NCBI GenBank assembly: GCA_030689285.1
Contig: JAUYJM010000009.1
Span: forward strand, 1 to 34,920
Source of the DNA: a bacterium
GTDB lineage: Bacteria; Patescibacteriota; Minisyncoccia; Phycocordibacterales; GCA-002787175
Length of the DNA: 34,920 nucleotides
Reading direction: 5' to 3'
Position numbers and translations under genes: made by a program. The notes under the pieces were generated by a model, which saw only the letters and a program-made list of their open reading frames with translations, made no database searches and was not told the DNA's origin. Positions 6,632 through 15,376 of the stretch are shown here, piece after piece (position 1 is the first letter of the stretch; every line of letters begins with the position of its first letter).

Positions 6632-8506
6632 ATGAGAAACATTAGAAACTTCTGCATTATCGCTCACATAGACCACGGCAAATCCACGCTTGCCGACAGA
6701 ATGCTTCAGGTTACCGGCACGATTCCGGAACGCAAGATGCGCGAGCAGGTTTTGGATGATATGGAGCTTGAGCGCGAGAGGGGTATTACCATAAAAATGA
6801 CCCCAGTCCGTATGATTTGGAGGCCAAATCATACGGACAAAATTCGCAATCCTTCATCTTTAATCCGTAACGAAGAAAGTCAAGGATTAAGGGTTAAAGA
6901 TGAAGGATTATCAGATTCAGAATGCTTCATTCTGAATCTGATTGACACTCCGGGTCACATTGACTTTGCTTACGAAGTTTCGCGTGCCCTAAAAGCGGTG
7001 GAAGGGGCGATTCTTCTCGTGGACTCCACTCAAGGCGTGCAGGCGCAAACGCTTTCGGTTTTAAGTATGGCAAAAAGCGCCGGACTGACTATAATCCCAG
7101 TCGTGTCAAAGGTGGATTCTCCCTACGCTCGCATAAGCGAATCAAAAGAAGAAATAGCAAAAATTTTAGAGTGTGACACAAAAGACATTTTGGAAGTATC
7201 GGGAAAGACCGGACAAGGCGTGACGGAGCTTTTGGACGTAATCGTACAAAAAGTGCCACCCCCGAGTTTTTTACCTGCAAGAGAAGACAACCAACTGCAA
7301 GCATTGGTATTTGACTTTGAATATTCCACTCATACGGGGGTAATAGTATATGTGAGAATTTTCAGCGGCAACGTAACGGGCAAAGAAAAACTTAGTTTCG
7401 CGGTCGCAAAGCGTGATTTTTCTCCAATTGAAATAGGAATATTTTCGCCTGACAGGGTTTTGTCAAAGCAGATTGCTTCCGGGGAAATAGGTTATATTGT
7501 GACGGGAATAAAAGAGCCCGGCGTGGCTTCAGTCGGAGACACGGTTGTTTTGTCAAAAGGGTTGCTTAAAGCTCTACCCGGATACGAGAGGCCGTCTCCG
7601 GTGGTTTGGGCCAGTGTGTATCCTGAAGATGCGGACGATTTCAACAGCTTAAGGCAGGCATTGGGGAAACTCCGTCTTTCAGATTCATCTTTTTCTTTTG
7701 AAGAAGAGTCATCGGGACTTTTGGGCAGGGGTTTTAGGTGCGGATTCTTGGGAATGCTCCACTTGGAGATTGTTACAGAACGGCTTCGCAGAGAATTTAA
7801 TCTGGAACTTGTGGTTACGACTCCGAGTATTACATACGAAATTACCACAAAAAGGGGCGAAAAAATAACTGCGTATTCGCCAATTCAGTTTCCCAGTTAT
7901 GGTGATATATCAGGTATAAAAGAGCCTTGGGTCAAGATACGCGTAATCACTCCGGCGGACTATCTTGGAGATATAACCCAGCTTTTATATAAGCATGAAG
8001 CGGTTTTGGGTGATACTTCAGATTTTGGAGATAACCGTTCGGAGATTTACGCCGAAATGCCTTTGAGAGAGCTTATGCGAGGTTTTTTTGACGAACTCAA
8101 AAGCGTTTCATCTGGTTTCGCCTCTCTTTCTTACGAGATGGCGGAGCTTAAGGACGCGGATGTTCTTCGTATGGATATACTTGTGGCGGACGAAATCGTA
8201 CCGGCTTTTTCAAGAGTTGTGTCAAAAAGAAAGGCGGAGGAAGAATCGGAATCGGCGGTTGAGAAGCTTTTTTCCATACTGCCCCGCCAAATGTTTGTGA
8301 CAAAAATTCAGGCTACCGCGATGGGCAGAATAATATCGTCAAAAACCTTGTCGGCTCTCAAAAAAGACGTTACAGGTTATCTTTACGGAGGAGATATTAC
8401 AAGAAAGAAAAAATTGTGGGAAAAACAAAAAAAGGGAAAAAAGAAGATGAAGGAAAGAGGAAAAGTCAACATCCCTCACGATGTGTTTGTGAAGATGATG
8501 AAATAG
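6632..8506 (+). CDS. lepA: Elongation factor 4 (LepA)
   Basis: MRNIRNFCIIAHIDHGKSTLADR, DTPGHIDF, GFRCGFLGMLHLEI and the C-terminal YGGDITRKKKLWEKQKKGKKKMK are LepA hallmarks. The start was chosen at the conserved MRNIRNF; an alternative ATG is at 6581. The upstream part of the ORF lies in repeat modules. Confidence 0.9.
   Translation: MRNIRNFCIIAHIDHGKSTLADRMLQVTGTIPERKMREQVLDDMELERERGITIKMTPVRMIWRPNHTDKIRNPSSLIRNEESQGLRVKDEGLSDSECFILNLIDTPGHIDFAYEVSRALKAVEGAILLVDSTQGVQAQTLSVLSMAKSAGLTIIPVVSKVDSPYARISESKEEIAKILECDTKDILEVSGKTGQGVTELLDVIVQKVPPPSFLPAREDNQLQALVFDFEYSTHTGVIVYVRIFSGNVTGKEKLSFAVAKRDFSPIEIGIFSPDRVLSKQIASGEIGYIVTGIKEPGVASVGDTVVLSKGLLKALPGYERPSPVVWASVYPEDADDFNSLRQALGKLRLSDSSFSFEEESSGLLGRGFRCGFLGMLHLEIVTERLRREFNLELVVTTPSITYEITTKRGEKITAYSPIQFPSYGDISGIKEPWVKIRVITPADYLGDITQLLYKHEAVLGDTSDFGDNRSEIYAEMPLRELMRGFFDELKSVSSGFASLSYEMAELKDADVLRMDILVADEIVPAFSRVVSKRKAEEESESAVEKLFSILPRQMFVTKIQATAMGRIISSKTLSALKKDVTGYLYGGDITRKKKLWEKQKKGKKKMKERGKVNIPHDVFVKMMK
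6808..6940 (+). repeat. Three consecutive palindromes embedded in-frame in the lepA G domain
   Basis: 6808-6836 has a perfect 11-bp stem (ccgtatgattt/aaatcatacgg). 6848-6909 is an imperfect long stem (aatccttcatctttaa.../...ttaaagatgaaggatt). 6912-6940 has a perfect 13-bp stem (cagattcagaatg/cattctgaatctg). The RGITIK to DTPGH segment is about 27 aa longer than in E. coli or B. subtilis LepA. Confidence 0.7.
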
Positions 8507-8509
8507 CGG

Positions 8510-8546
8510 CACTAATATACGAATACACGCGAATGGCACGAATAAA
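8510..8546 (+). repeat. ACGAAT-word unit (copy 1)
   Basis: cactaatatacgaatacacgcgaatggcacgaataa starts 4 nt after the lepA stop. It is similar to 22724-22762, 22777-22815 and the reverse complement of 15377-15415. Confidence 0.65.
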
Positions 8547-8603
8547 ATTTTTTCGTCCTACCCCCGCAGCAAGGCTCGCGGGATATTAGGCGAAAAATTT
8601 TTT
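8544..8603. terminator. Long hairpin with flanking A/T runs (bidirectional terminator candidate) after lepA
   Basis: aaaattttttcg ... cccgc..gcggg ... cgaaaaatttttt. Confidence 0.5.
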
Positions 8604-8755
8604 GAGAACTCTTCCGTTCTCAACGTTCGCTCCGCTCACTGCTCTCCGCCACGGGGAAACTCCCGTTTCCCCGACCCCCTTCCCACTATTCCTCGTCACC
8701 CCGAAGCAGAGCTTCGGGGTATCTCTCAGAATAAACTCGCGCTTTCGTATGGGAG

Positions 8756-8833
8756 CTATAGGAATATCGGCATATACAGCATAACCATACTTATGATTAT
8801 AAGTATGGAGAGGATGGTCCAGACAATCTTCAT
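8756..8833 (-). CDS. Possible 25-aa hydrophobic micro-ORF
   Basis: Minus strand ATG at 8833 gives MKIVWTILSILIIISMVMLYMPIFL then a stop. The upstream AAAAGAAG is weak. There is no homology evidence. Confidence 0.15.
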   Translation of the reverse strand: MKIVWTILSILIIISMVMLYMPIFL

Positions 8834-9095
8834 GAACTTCTTTTGTTTTTTGTTAAATTGCATTAAATTAAAGCTGAAAAAATATCTATTGTAATGTAAT
8901 ATAATATCTGTGAATTACGAAATGTCTTTTTCGGCGAGGTTTTCGTGGCGCACGGAGATTTTTTACTAAAAATCTTCCTCTCTCCGGCGCCGGCCGCGCC
9001 TCAGAAGGCGCCTCTCAAACCTCGCCTCAACACCATTTCGTAATTCAAGGATAATATATAAAAAGCGTTGAAGCAATGCCTTTGAGCCAAAATTT

Positions 9096-9491
9096 ATGAG
9101 AGTTTTATACAGACTTATACGCAAAACAAGGGAAAAACTTTCGTCAAAAATCTTGCGTTTCGCTGCGCTTGTGTTCATTGCGCTTATGATACCGGCCGTA
9201 AATGGCGTTTTTCACAAAGAGAGGAACAGTATGGCAAATCTGAATGAAGCAAGGACAGAGCTCGCATCGCTTGAAAAAAGAAAGGAAGGGCTCTCTCAGT
9301 CAATTGAAAATTTGTCCAGTGAGAGCGGTTTTGATATTGAAATTCGAAAAAAATTTCCTTTGGCTAAAGAAGGGGAGCACGCTATAATTTTTATTGAGGG
9401 AAAAGACCGCAAGCAGAGCGACATAGATGAAATTTCCGATGCCGATACGGCAAACTGGTTTAGCAAATGGTTCGGCGGATGGTTTAAGTGA
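9096..9491 (+). CDS. Septum formation initiator family protein (FtsB/DivIC-like)
   Basis: 131 aa with an N-terminal TM segment (ILRFAALVFIALMIPAV), then a coiled coil (ARTELASLEKRKEGLSQSIENL), then ESGFDIEIRKKFPLAKEGEHAIIF. This matches the DivIC/FtsB architecture. Confidence 0.55.
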   Translation: MRVLYRLIRKTREKLSSKILRFAALVFIALMIPAVNGVFHKERNSMANLNEARTELASLEKRKEGLSQSIENLSSESGFDIEIRKKFPLAKEGEHAIIFIEGKDRKQSDIDEISDADTANWFSKWFGGWFK

Positions 9492-9494
9492 TTT

Positions 9495-9565
9495 GCGGGT
9501 ATGGTTTAGTGGCAGAATGCGACCTTCCCAAGGTTGAGACGCGGGTTCGATTCCCGCTACCCGCA
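9495..9565 (+). tRNA. tRNA-Gly (anticodon CCC), CCA not encoded
   Basis: Manual cloverleaf: acceptor GCGGGTA/TACCCGC, D arm GTTTAGTGGCAGAAT region, anticodon stem CGACC/GGTTG with loop TTCCCAA, T arm GCGGG-TTCGATT-CCCGC. Confidence 0.9.
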
Positions 9566-9805
9566 AAAATAACGAGCGAAGCGAGTATATTTTTCGGGTA
9601 TAAAAAGCTCCCTAAGGAGCTTTTTAAGGGAAGCGAAGCCTTATTGAGCATAAAATTGAGTCCGTATTCGGACGAAAATTTTATCCAATAAGGGGACTGA
9701 ACATGTAATGTTCGATTCCCGCTACCCGCAAAAATAACGAGCGAAGCGAGTATATTTTTCGGGTATAAAAAGCTCCCTAAGGAGCTTTTTAAGGGAAGCG
9801 AAGCC
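9546..9805 (+). repeat. Direct duplication of the tRNA-Gly 3' end plus downstream flank (two identical-looking 95-nt copies, 9546-9640 and 9711-9805) around a 70-nt hairpin spacer
   Basis: Both copies read ttcgattcccgctacccgcaaaaataacgagcgaagcgagtatatttttcgggtataaaaagctccctaaggagctttttaagggaagcgaagcc. The spacer 9641-9710 folds as ttattg..ataaaatt..gtccgtattcggac..aaattttat..caataa. Confidence 0.9.
9767..9790. terminator. Bidirectional hairpin terminator (a copy also at 9602-9625)
   Basis: AAAAAGCTCCctaaGGAGCTTTTT lies 36 nt beyond the stop of the minus-strand PfkB gene. The first copy follows tRNA-Gly. Confidence 0.6.
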
Positions 9806-9825
9806 TCGTGAAGTGCGTTTCAGGG

Positions 9826-10818
9826 CTACAATTTTTTAGGCTTATAATCCTCAGGAGCGTTTTTGAGATATTCTTCCAGTTTTTGCCGCGAAAGCAGGCC
9901 TTTTTGGGCTCCAATTTCTTGCACCACCGACATAGAATTTATGGGACCCCACGAAAGGGCGGTTGGAATATCAAACCCTAAGGCAAGCGCGGAGGTAAAA
10001 GTCGCCGAGAAGGAATCGCCGGCTCCCGTTCTATCCACCGGAGGCGCGGGGTCTCTGTACATAGGGATAAACCATGTTTCTTTTTCATCCGAAGCGTAAG
10101 CTCCATGGGGCCCGTCAGTTATAACCGCGATTTTTGGACCAAGTTCTCTCATCTTTTGCAGAAGTATCTTAATGTCGTACTCTTTTGTCTCAAGAATTTT
10201 TTTGGCTTCTTCCTTGTTGCAGAAGAAAATTTCAGATGCTTCGTAAAGAGCCCTCAATTTTTCAAAACCGAGTTTTATCTGAAATGTTCCCGGCTGAAAA
10301 GCCATTTTTATACCGCTGTTTTTTACTCGGTCTGCCAGGACGAGTTGGTAGGACAGAGAATTTTCCGCAAGAGACGACAGGTATATCCACTTTGGCGCGG
10401 TGTCAAATTGCGGCAGTTTATATTCATATTTCTGATGCTTTACCAAGATGGTGCGTTCCTCCTTGAATCGCAGGACGAAATGATAATTTGACTTACGGCC
10501 AGCATGGACACTTACAAGGTCTGCCGCCACGCCTTCTTTTTGCAGAGCGGCGAGCTGTTCTTTGCCATACAAATCATCGCCCAAGTTGGAAATGAGAGCA
10601 GACGACAAGCCAAGACGGTGCGCCGCGACAGCCGCGTTCGGTGAATTGCCGACTGCCGGTACGACCACGATATCCCGATAGGGAATCTTGTCGCCAAATC
10701 GCATACAGAGCTCCTCGGTTTTTTCGGGGTTGTCTGTTTCAATCCAAGCGTCTTCCAATTCTATAAAAGCATCTGTTACAATATCACCAACGGCTACAAA
10801 ATCGTATTGGTTTTTCAT
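9826..10818 (-). CDS. PfkB-family carbohydrate kinase (ribokinase-like)
   Basis: 330 aa with N-terminal VAVGDIVTD and the C-terminal DRTGAGDSFSATFTSAL signature of the PfkB family. Confidence 0.85.
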   Translation of the reverse strand: MKNQYDFVAVGDIVTDAFIELEDAWIETDNPEKTEELCMRFGDKIPYRDIVVVPAVGNSPNAAVAAHRLGLSSALISNLGDDLYGKEQLAALQKEGVAADLVSVHAGRKSNYHFVLRFKEERTILVKHQKYEYKLPQFDTAPKWIYLSSLAENSLSYQLVLADRVKNSGIKMAFQPGTFQIKLGFEKLRALYEASEIFFCNKEEAKKILETKEYDIKILLQKMRELGPKIAVITDGPHGAYASDEKETWFIPMYRDPAPPVDRTGAGDSFSATFTSALALGFDIPTALSWGPINSMSVVQEIGAQKGLLSRQKLEEYLKNAPEDYKPKKL

Positions 10819-10850
10819 ATCAAAAGTCCTATTTAACTACTAATATAAAA

Positions 10851-10859
10851 TGTTATACT
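10851..10859 (+). promoter_or_regulatory. Extended -10 (TGtTATACT) in the 60-nt divergent intergenic region
   Basis: TGTTATACT lies 20 nt upstream of the aldolase ATG. No good -35 is present. Confidence 0.35.
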
Positions 10860-10878
10860 ATAATCGTAACATAATTAT

Positions 10879-11745
10879 ATGGAACTGAAAGAATTTATAA
10901 AAGAAGCCGAGAACAATAAAACTGCTATAGGACATTTTAACATTTCCAATCTGGAAACGCTCTGGGGCATTTTCAGAGCCGCCAAGGGCTTGAATGTGCC
11001 GGTGATTATCGGTCTGTCTGAAGGCGAGGGGGCGTTTGTGGGAGTGCGCCAAGCCGCCGCGCTAGTGAAAAGTTTGAGACAGGAATATGATTTTCCGATT
11101 TTTATAAACGCAGACCACTTTTACTCGTTTGAAAAAGTAAAAGAAGCCGTTGACGCGGATTTTGACGCGGCTATCTTTGACGGCAGTCACGTGAGTTCGG
11201 AAGAAAACGAAAATATAGCAAAAATGTGCGCGCAATACGCTGAAAAAGCGGGGAAAAATGTTTTGATTGAGGGTGAGCTCGGGCATATCGGCCAGTCTTC
11301 CAAACTTTTGGAAAAGATACCGGAGGACGCCGATGTGGAGGAGTCGGTTTTGACTTCGGCGGATGATGCTAGAAATTTTGTGGAAAAAACCGGAGTTGAC
11401 CTGCTTGCGCCGGCTGTGGGAAATCTTCATGGTATGTTAAAAACCGGCCACAATCCTAGGATAAACATCGGACGAATAAAAGAAATACGCGAGGCGGCCG
11501 GTGTGCCACTCGTCCTTCACGGCGGTTCGGGTATATCGGATGAGGATTTCCGAAACGCCATAAAAGCGGGTGTTTCAATAATCCACATAAATACAGAAAT
11601 AAGACTCTCTTACCGAAAAGCCCTTGCAAAAGCATTGTCTGACAATCCCGATGAAATTGCGCCGTATAAGTACGGGAAAGAAGCGGTTCTGGCCGTAGAG
11701 GAGGTTGTTACCAAAAGGTTAAAACTCTTCAACGGTATTGAGTAA
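10879..11745 (+). CDS. fba: Class II fructose/ketose-bisphosphate aldolase
   Basis: 288 aa with AIGHFNISNLE, INADH, EGELGHIG, APAVGNLHG and LVLHGGSGI, the class II aldolase motifs. Confidence 0.85.
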   Translation: MELKEFIKEAENNKTAIGHFNISNLETLWGIFRAAKGLNVPVIIGLSEGEGAFVGVRQAAALVKSLRQEYDFPIFINADHFYSFEKVKEAVDADFDAAIFDGSHVSSEENENIAKMCAQYAEKAGKNVLIEGELGHIGQSSKLLEKIPEDADVEESVLTSADDARNFVEKTGVDLLAPAVGNLHGMLKTGHNPRINIGRIKEIREAAGVPLVLHGGSGISDEDFRNAIKAGVSIIHINTEIRLSYRKALAKALSDNPDEIAPYKYGKEAVLAVEEVVTKRLKLFNGIE

Positions 11746-11772
11746 ATTATAAATTTAAGAATAATTTTAACA

Positions 11773-12738
11773 ATGGCAAAAATATATGTAACAAGAAATA
11801 TTCCCGGGACAGGACTGCCTTCTCTTCGCGAAAAAGGGCATACTATCGTAGTAAGTGAAAAAGACGGAGTTTTGACGAAGGAAGAGTTGATTGCCGACCT
11901 GAAAAAAGATTCATACGACGGAGTGCTGTCGCTTTTGACCGATAAAATTGACGCTGAAATTTTTGACGCCGCTCCTGACGCCAAGATCTTCGCAAACTAC
12001 GCGGTGGGATTCAACAATTTTGATTTGGATGAGGCAAAAAAAAGAGGGGTCGTGGTAACAAACACTCCGGGAGATTTGACCGACTCTGTGGCCGAGCACA
12101 CTTTTGGGCTTATAATAGCTCTTTCACACAGAATCGCGGAAGGCGACAGGTTTGTAAGGGCGGGAAAGTACGAAGGGTGGAATCCCAATCTTTTGATAGG
12201 TTCTGAAATAAAAGGTAAAACTTTGGGACTTCTGGGGGCGGGAAGAATCGGAGCCCGCGTGATTTACTGCGCTCGGGCTTTTGATATGAATGTTTTGTAT
12301 TACGATGTAGTGAGAAACAAAGAAGTGGAAAAAAACTATGGAGCAAAGTTTTTTGAAACTCCGGAAGAGGTTTTGACAACATCAGATTTTGTTTCTGTAC
12401 ACGTGCCTCTTTTGGACTCAACACACCATCTCATAAACAGAGAGCGGCTGGTTCTTATGAAAAAAACCGCCTACCTTATAAACACATCTCGCGGCCCTGT
12501 TGTGGACGAGGCCGCCCTTGTTGAGGCGCTAAAGAAAGGAATAATCGCCGGCGCCGGTCTTGATGTGTATGAAAATGAACCAAAACTTGCCGAAGGCCTT
12601 TCCGAATTACAGAATGTCATTTTAACTCCTCATATAGCTTCGGCTACTGAATACGCCCGAGAAGAAATGTCGCGCCTAGCGGCGGACAATCTTATCGCTT
12701 TTTTTGAAGGTAAGGAACCGCCTAATGCGGTAAAATAA
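11773..12738 (+). CDS. D-isomer-specific 2-hydroxyacid dehydrogenase (glycerate dehydrogenase / glyoxylate reductase-like)
   Basis: 321 aa with the Rossmann motif GLLGAGRIGARV, then SVHVPL..T.HLI and the LTPHIASAT catalytic His region. Confidence 0.85.
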   Translation: MAKIYVTRNIPGTGLPSLREKGHTIVVSEKDGVLTKEELIADLKKDSYDGVLSLLTDKIDAEIFDAAPDAKIFANYAVGFNNFDLDEAKKRGVVVTNTPGDLTDSVAEHTFGLIIALSHRIAEGDRFVRAGKYEGWNPNLLIGSEIKGKTLGLLGAGRIGARVIYCARAFDMNVLYYDVVRNKEVEKNYGAKFFETPEEVLTTSDFVSVHVPLLDSTHHLINRERLVLMKKTAYLINTSRGPVVDEAALVEALKKGIIAGAGLDVYENEPKLAEGLSELQNVILTPHIASATEYAREEMSRLAADNLIAFFEGKEPPNAVK

Positions 12739-12938
12739 GCACGGTTTACGTTCACTTGAGAGCTAAGCTCCCAAGTGAAGCTTCCAAAAAACATTGCGTC
12801 TACACCTGCCGATTATCGGCCGCAAAGAATCTAAAATGTGACGTCCCCGCTTTCCAATGCTTCTTCAAAGCATTCCAGGGGGAGGTATTTCGTTGTTAAC
12901 AACGAAATAATCGCGCAAGTTTGATTACATTCAGAATT

Positions 12939-12975
12939 AAAACGGCTAATACTGCAGTATTAGCCGTTTCTTGTT
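12939..12975 (+). terminator. Rho-independent terminator closing a hairpin-dense 3' region
   Basis: AACGGCTAATACtgcaGTATTAGCCGTT followed by TCTTGTT. Confidence 0.6.
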
Positions 12976-13038
12976 GGCAGTGAGGGGTTACAAAACGGAG
13001 ACTTGCGTTTTTTCGATAATTGTATTAAATTATTTATT

Positions 13039-13734
13039 ATGTTGACCCTAAATATTACAAAAAGAGACCCGGAGGTTTCCGCTGGAGTCTTGAGGCGGAC
13101 CGGTAGAATGCCAGCGGTGTTTTACGGTAAAAAAACAAAATCAACACCGATTTCAGTGGATGAAATTGAGTTTCTAAAGATATGGAGAGAGGCGGGTGAA
13201 TCCACGGTGGTAAACTTGAAGGAAGGCAAGGAAGAAGGGCTCGGCGCTCTTATCTACGGTTATCAAAGAGATGCCATTACGCAAAAACTTTTGCATACCG
13301 ATTTTTACGTTTTTGAGAAAGGTCAAAAGATGAAAATAAGCGTACCTTTGGAATTTATCGGGGAGGCGCCTGCGGTAAAGGCGGGTGGTGTGATTGTAAA
13401 AGTTATGCATGAAGTTGAGGTGGAAGCGGAGCCAAAAAATCTTCCGCACTCTCTTTCAGTGAATATATCAGTGCTTGAAAATTTTACCAGCGTAGCTTTG
13501 GCCAAAGACATTGTATTGCCTGAAGGCGTTATCTTGACCATAAACCCGGAGGACGTCGTGGCCTCTGTTTACGAACCAAAAGATGAGCCTAAAGAGGAAC
13601 CGGCTCAAGAATTTGACCCAACCAAGGTAGAAGTGGAAAAGAAGGGCAAGGAAGCAAAGGAAGGAGAGGAGACGGGCGCGCCAGAAGAAAGCGAAAAGAA
13701 AAAAGAAGAGGAACAAAAGCAGGTGAAAAAATAA
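13039..13734 (+). CDS. rplY: 50S ribosomal protein L25 / general stress protein Ctc form
   Basis: MLTLNITKRDPEVSAGVLRRTGRMPAVFYGKK, then HTDFY, then a long acidic/lysine-rich tail. The start is set at the ATG at 13039 rather than the TTG at 13003. Confidence 0.85.
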   Translation: MLTLNITKRDPEVSAGVLRRTGRMPAVFYGKKTKSTPISVDEIEFLKIWREAGESTVVNLKEGKEEGLGALIYGYQRDAITQKLLHTDFYVFEKGQKMKISVPLEFIGEAPAVKAGGVIVKVMHEVEVEAEPKNLPHSLSVNISVLENFTSVALAKDIVLPEGVILTINPEDVVASVYEPKDEPKEEPAQEFDPTKVEVEKKGKEAKEGEETGAPEESEKKKEEEQKQVKK

Positions 13735-13767
13735 TCTTTACGTTTGATTTGTTAAGATAACGACTTT

Positions 13768-13800
13768 GAAAACACGCCAATATATTTGCGTGTTTTTGTT
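13768..13800 (+). terminator. Rho-independent terminator of rplY
   Basis: AAAACACGCcaatatatttGCGTGTTTTTGTT. Confidence 0.65.
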
Positions 13801-13842
13801 GTAAACTATTCGTTTCCTCGATTTTTATGATAAAATGTGGTT

Positions 13843-15195
13843 ATGGGGTTTACCAAAATTTTTAGACGCAAAATCGCTTTTTTCGCGCTTGTCGCTGTTA
13901 TCGTGGGAGTTTCTCCTGTCCTTATTTCTGCTCAGACAACCGTAAGCGCGGTGGCAGAAAGAGAAGCGGAACTTAGGAGGGAGTTGGCGGAATTGGAAGC
14001 GGAAATAGAAAAACAGCAGGAAATTTTGAGAAGCAAACAAAGAGAATCTGTTTCTCTGGAAAGGGACATAGCAATACTCAATGCCCGTATAGAGGAGGCG
14101 AAGCTTACTATTCGCGCCAAAACGATACGCATAAACGGACTGACATCCGATATCGGCGTCAAAACTGAAATCATCGGCGATTTGGAAGAAAAAATAGAAA
14201 AAAATAAAAGCTCTTTGTCGGAGCTTATTAGGCGCACAAATGAGTATGACGATTATTCTCTATTGGAGCTTCTGCTTAGCCAGGAAGAAATGTCTGAATT
14301 TTTTGCCGATGCCGATTCTTATTTCACACTCCAGAGCTCCTTGTATTCTTTGGTGCAGAACGTAAAGAATAATAAAAACGCGAACGAAAACGAACGAAAT
14401 AAGCTTGACCAGACCAGAAAAGCGGAGATAGATGCCCGCGTAGACGTGGAGGCGGAAAAAAGGATTATTGAAAAAAGTGAGGTTGAAAAGAAAAAACTGC
14501 TTGCGATAAGCAAACAGGAAGAATCGGCCTATGAGAAGGTTTTGGAGGAGAGGCAAAAAAAGGCCGCGTCAATAAGGAGCGCGCTTTTCGCACTGCGGGA
14601 TACAGCGGCAATCCCGTTTGGAGAAGCGCTTGAGTACGCGACCAAGGCGTCCGGTAAAACCGGAGTCAGACCGGCTTTTATATTAGCCATACTTACGCAA
14701 GAGTCAAATTTGGGTGAAAATGTCGGTACTTGTAATAGGCCGCAAGACACAAAAAAGTGGCGGGATATTATGCCCGGTCCAGACGATAATTCTTGGAGAG
14801 ACGACCAGACGGTTTTCCAGTCTCTTATGGATGAACTAGGTTTTGACCCCGATGTGATGCCGCTTTCTTGTCCGTACGGAGGGGGGTGGGGAGGAGCGAT
14901 GGGACCTTCGCAATTTATACCTACCACATGGCAGGCCTATAAATCTCGTGTAGCCAAGGTTACCGGTCATAACCCACCAAATCCGTGGAATCCGGAAGAT
15001 GCCATTACCGCGACTTCTTTGTATCTTATGGACCTGGGCGCGGACAAGGGAGGATATAGCGCCGAGCTTGAGGCGGCGCTTCGCTACTACGCCGGTAGCA
15101 ACTGGAACAAGCCTCAAAACGCATTTTACGGGCGACAAGTCCTCGCTCACGCAGAGGATATACAAGAGAATATGATTGACCCGCTCAACTTCTAA
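13843..15195 (+). CDS. Secreted or membrane-anchored coiled-coil protein with C-terminal lytic transglycosylase (MltB/SLT_2-like) domain
   Basis: N-terminal hydrophobic segment, about 230 aa of heptad-rich coiled coil, then AFILAILTQESNLG (catalytic Glu) and GAMGPSQFIPTTWQAY. Confidence 0.75.
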   Translation: MGFTKIFRRKIAFFALVAVIVGVSPVLISAQTTVSAVAEREAELRRELAELEAEIEKQQEILRSKQRESVSLERDIAILNARIEEAKLTIRAKTIRINGLTSDIGVKTEIIGDLEEKIEKNKSSLSELIRRTNEYDDYSLLELLLSQEEMSEFFADADSYFTLQSSLYSLVQNVKNNKNANENERNKLDQTRKAEIDARVDVEAEKRIIEKSEVEKKKLLAISKQEESAYEKVLEERQKKAASIRSALFALRDTAAIPFGEALEYATKASGKTGVRPAFILAILTQESNLGENVGTCNRPQDTKKWRDIMPGPDDNSWRDDQTVFQSLMDELGFDPDVMPLSCPYGGGWGGAMGPSQFIPTTWQAYKSRVAKVTGHNPPNPWNPEDAITATSLYLMDLGADKGGYSAELEAALRYYAGSNWNKPQNAFYGRQVLAHAEDIQENMIDPLNF

Positions 15196-15376
15196 GTGTT
15201 TATTTAGGTGTCCAACCTCCAGAAATTTTGCAAAAAGTGTGGTGTAATGCGTATTGAGTCATTTTAAACAAGTCCAAATATGCCGGCGAGGCGAGTAAAA
15301 ATGGAGAATTAAAGCCGTTTTTCTGGAGGTGTTGAGAGTTACAGTGGTAAGAGTTGCAATACGACAATGTTTCTGG

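Noticed and set aside
9711-9730. A second tRNA-Gly gene.
   Set aside because: Only the 3' T-loop and acceptor strand is present. The 5' T-stem partner (gcggg) is replaced by gtaatg and no upstream arms exist. It is a partial duplicate.
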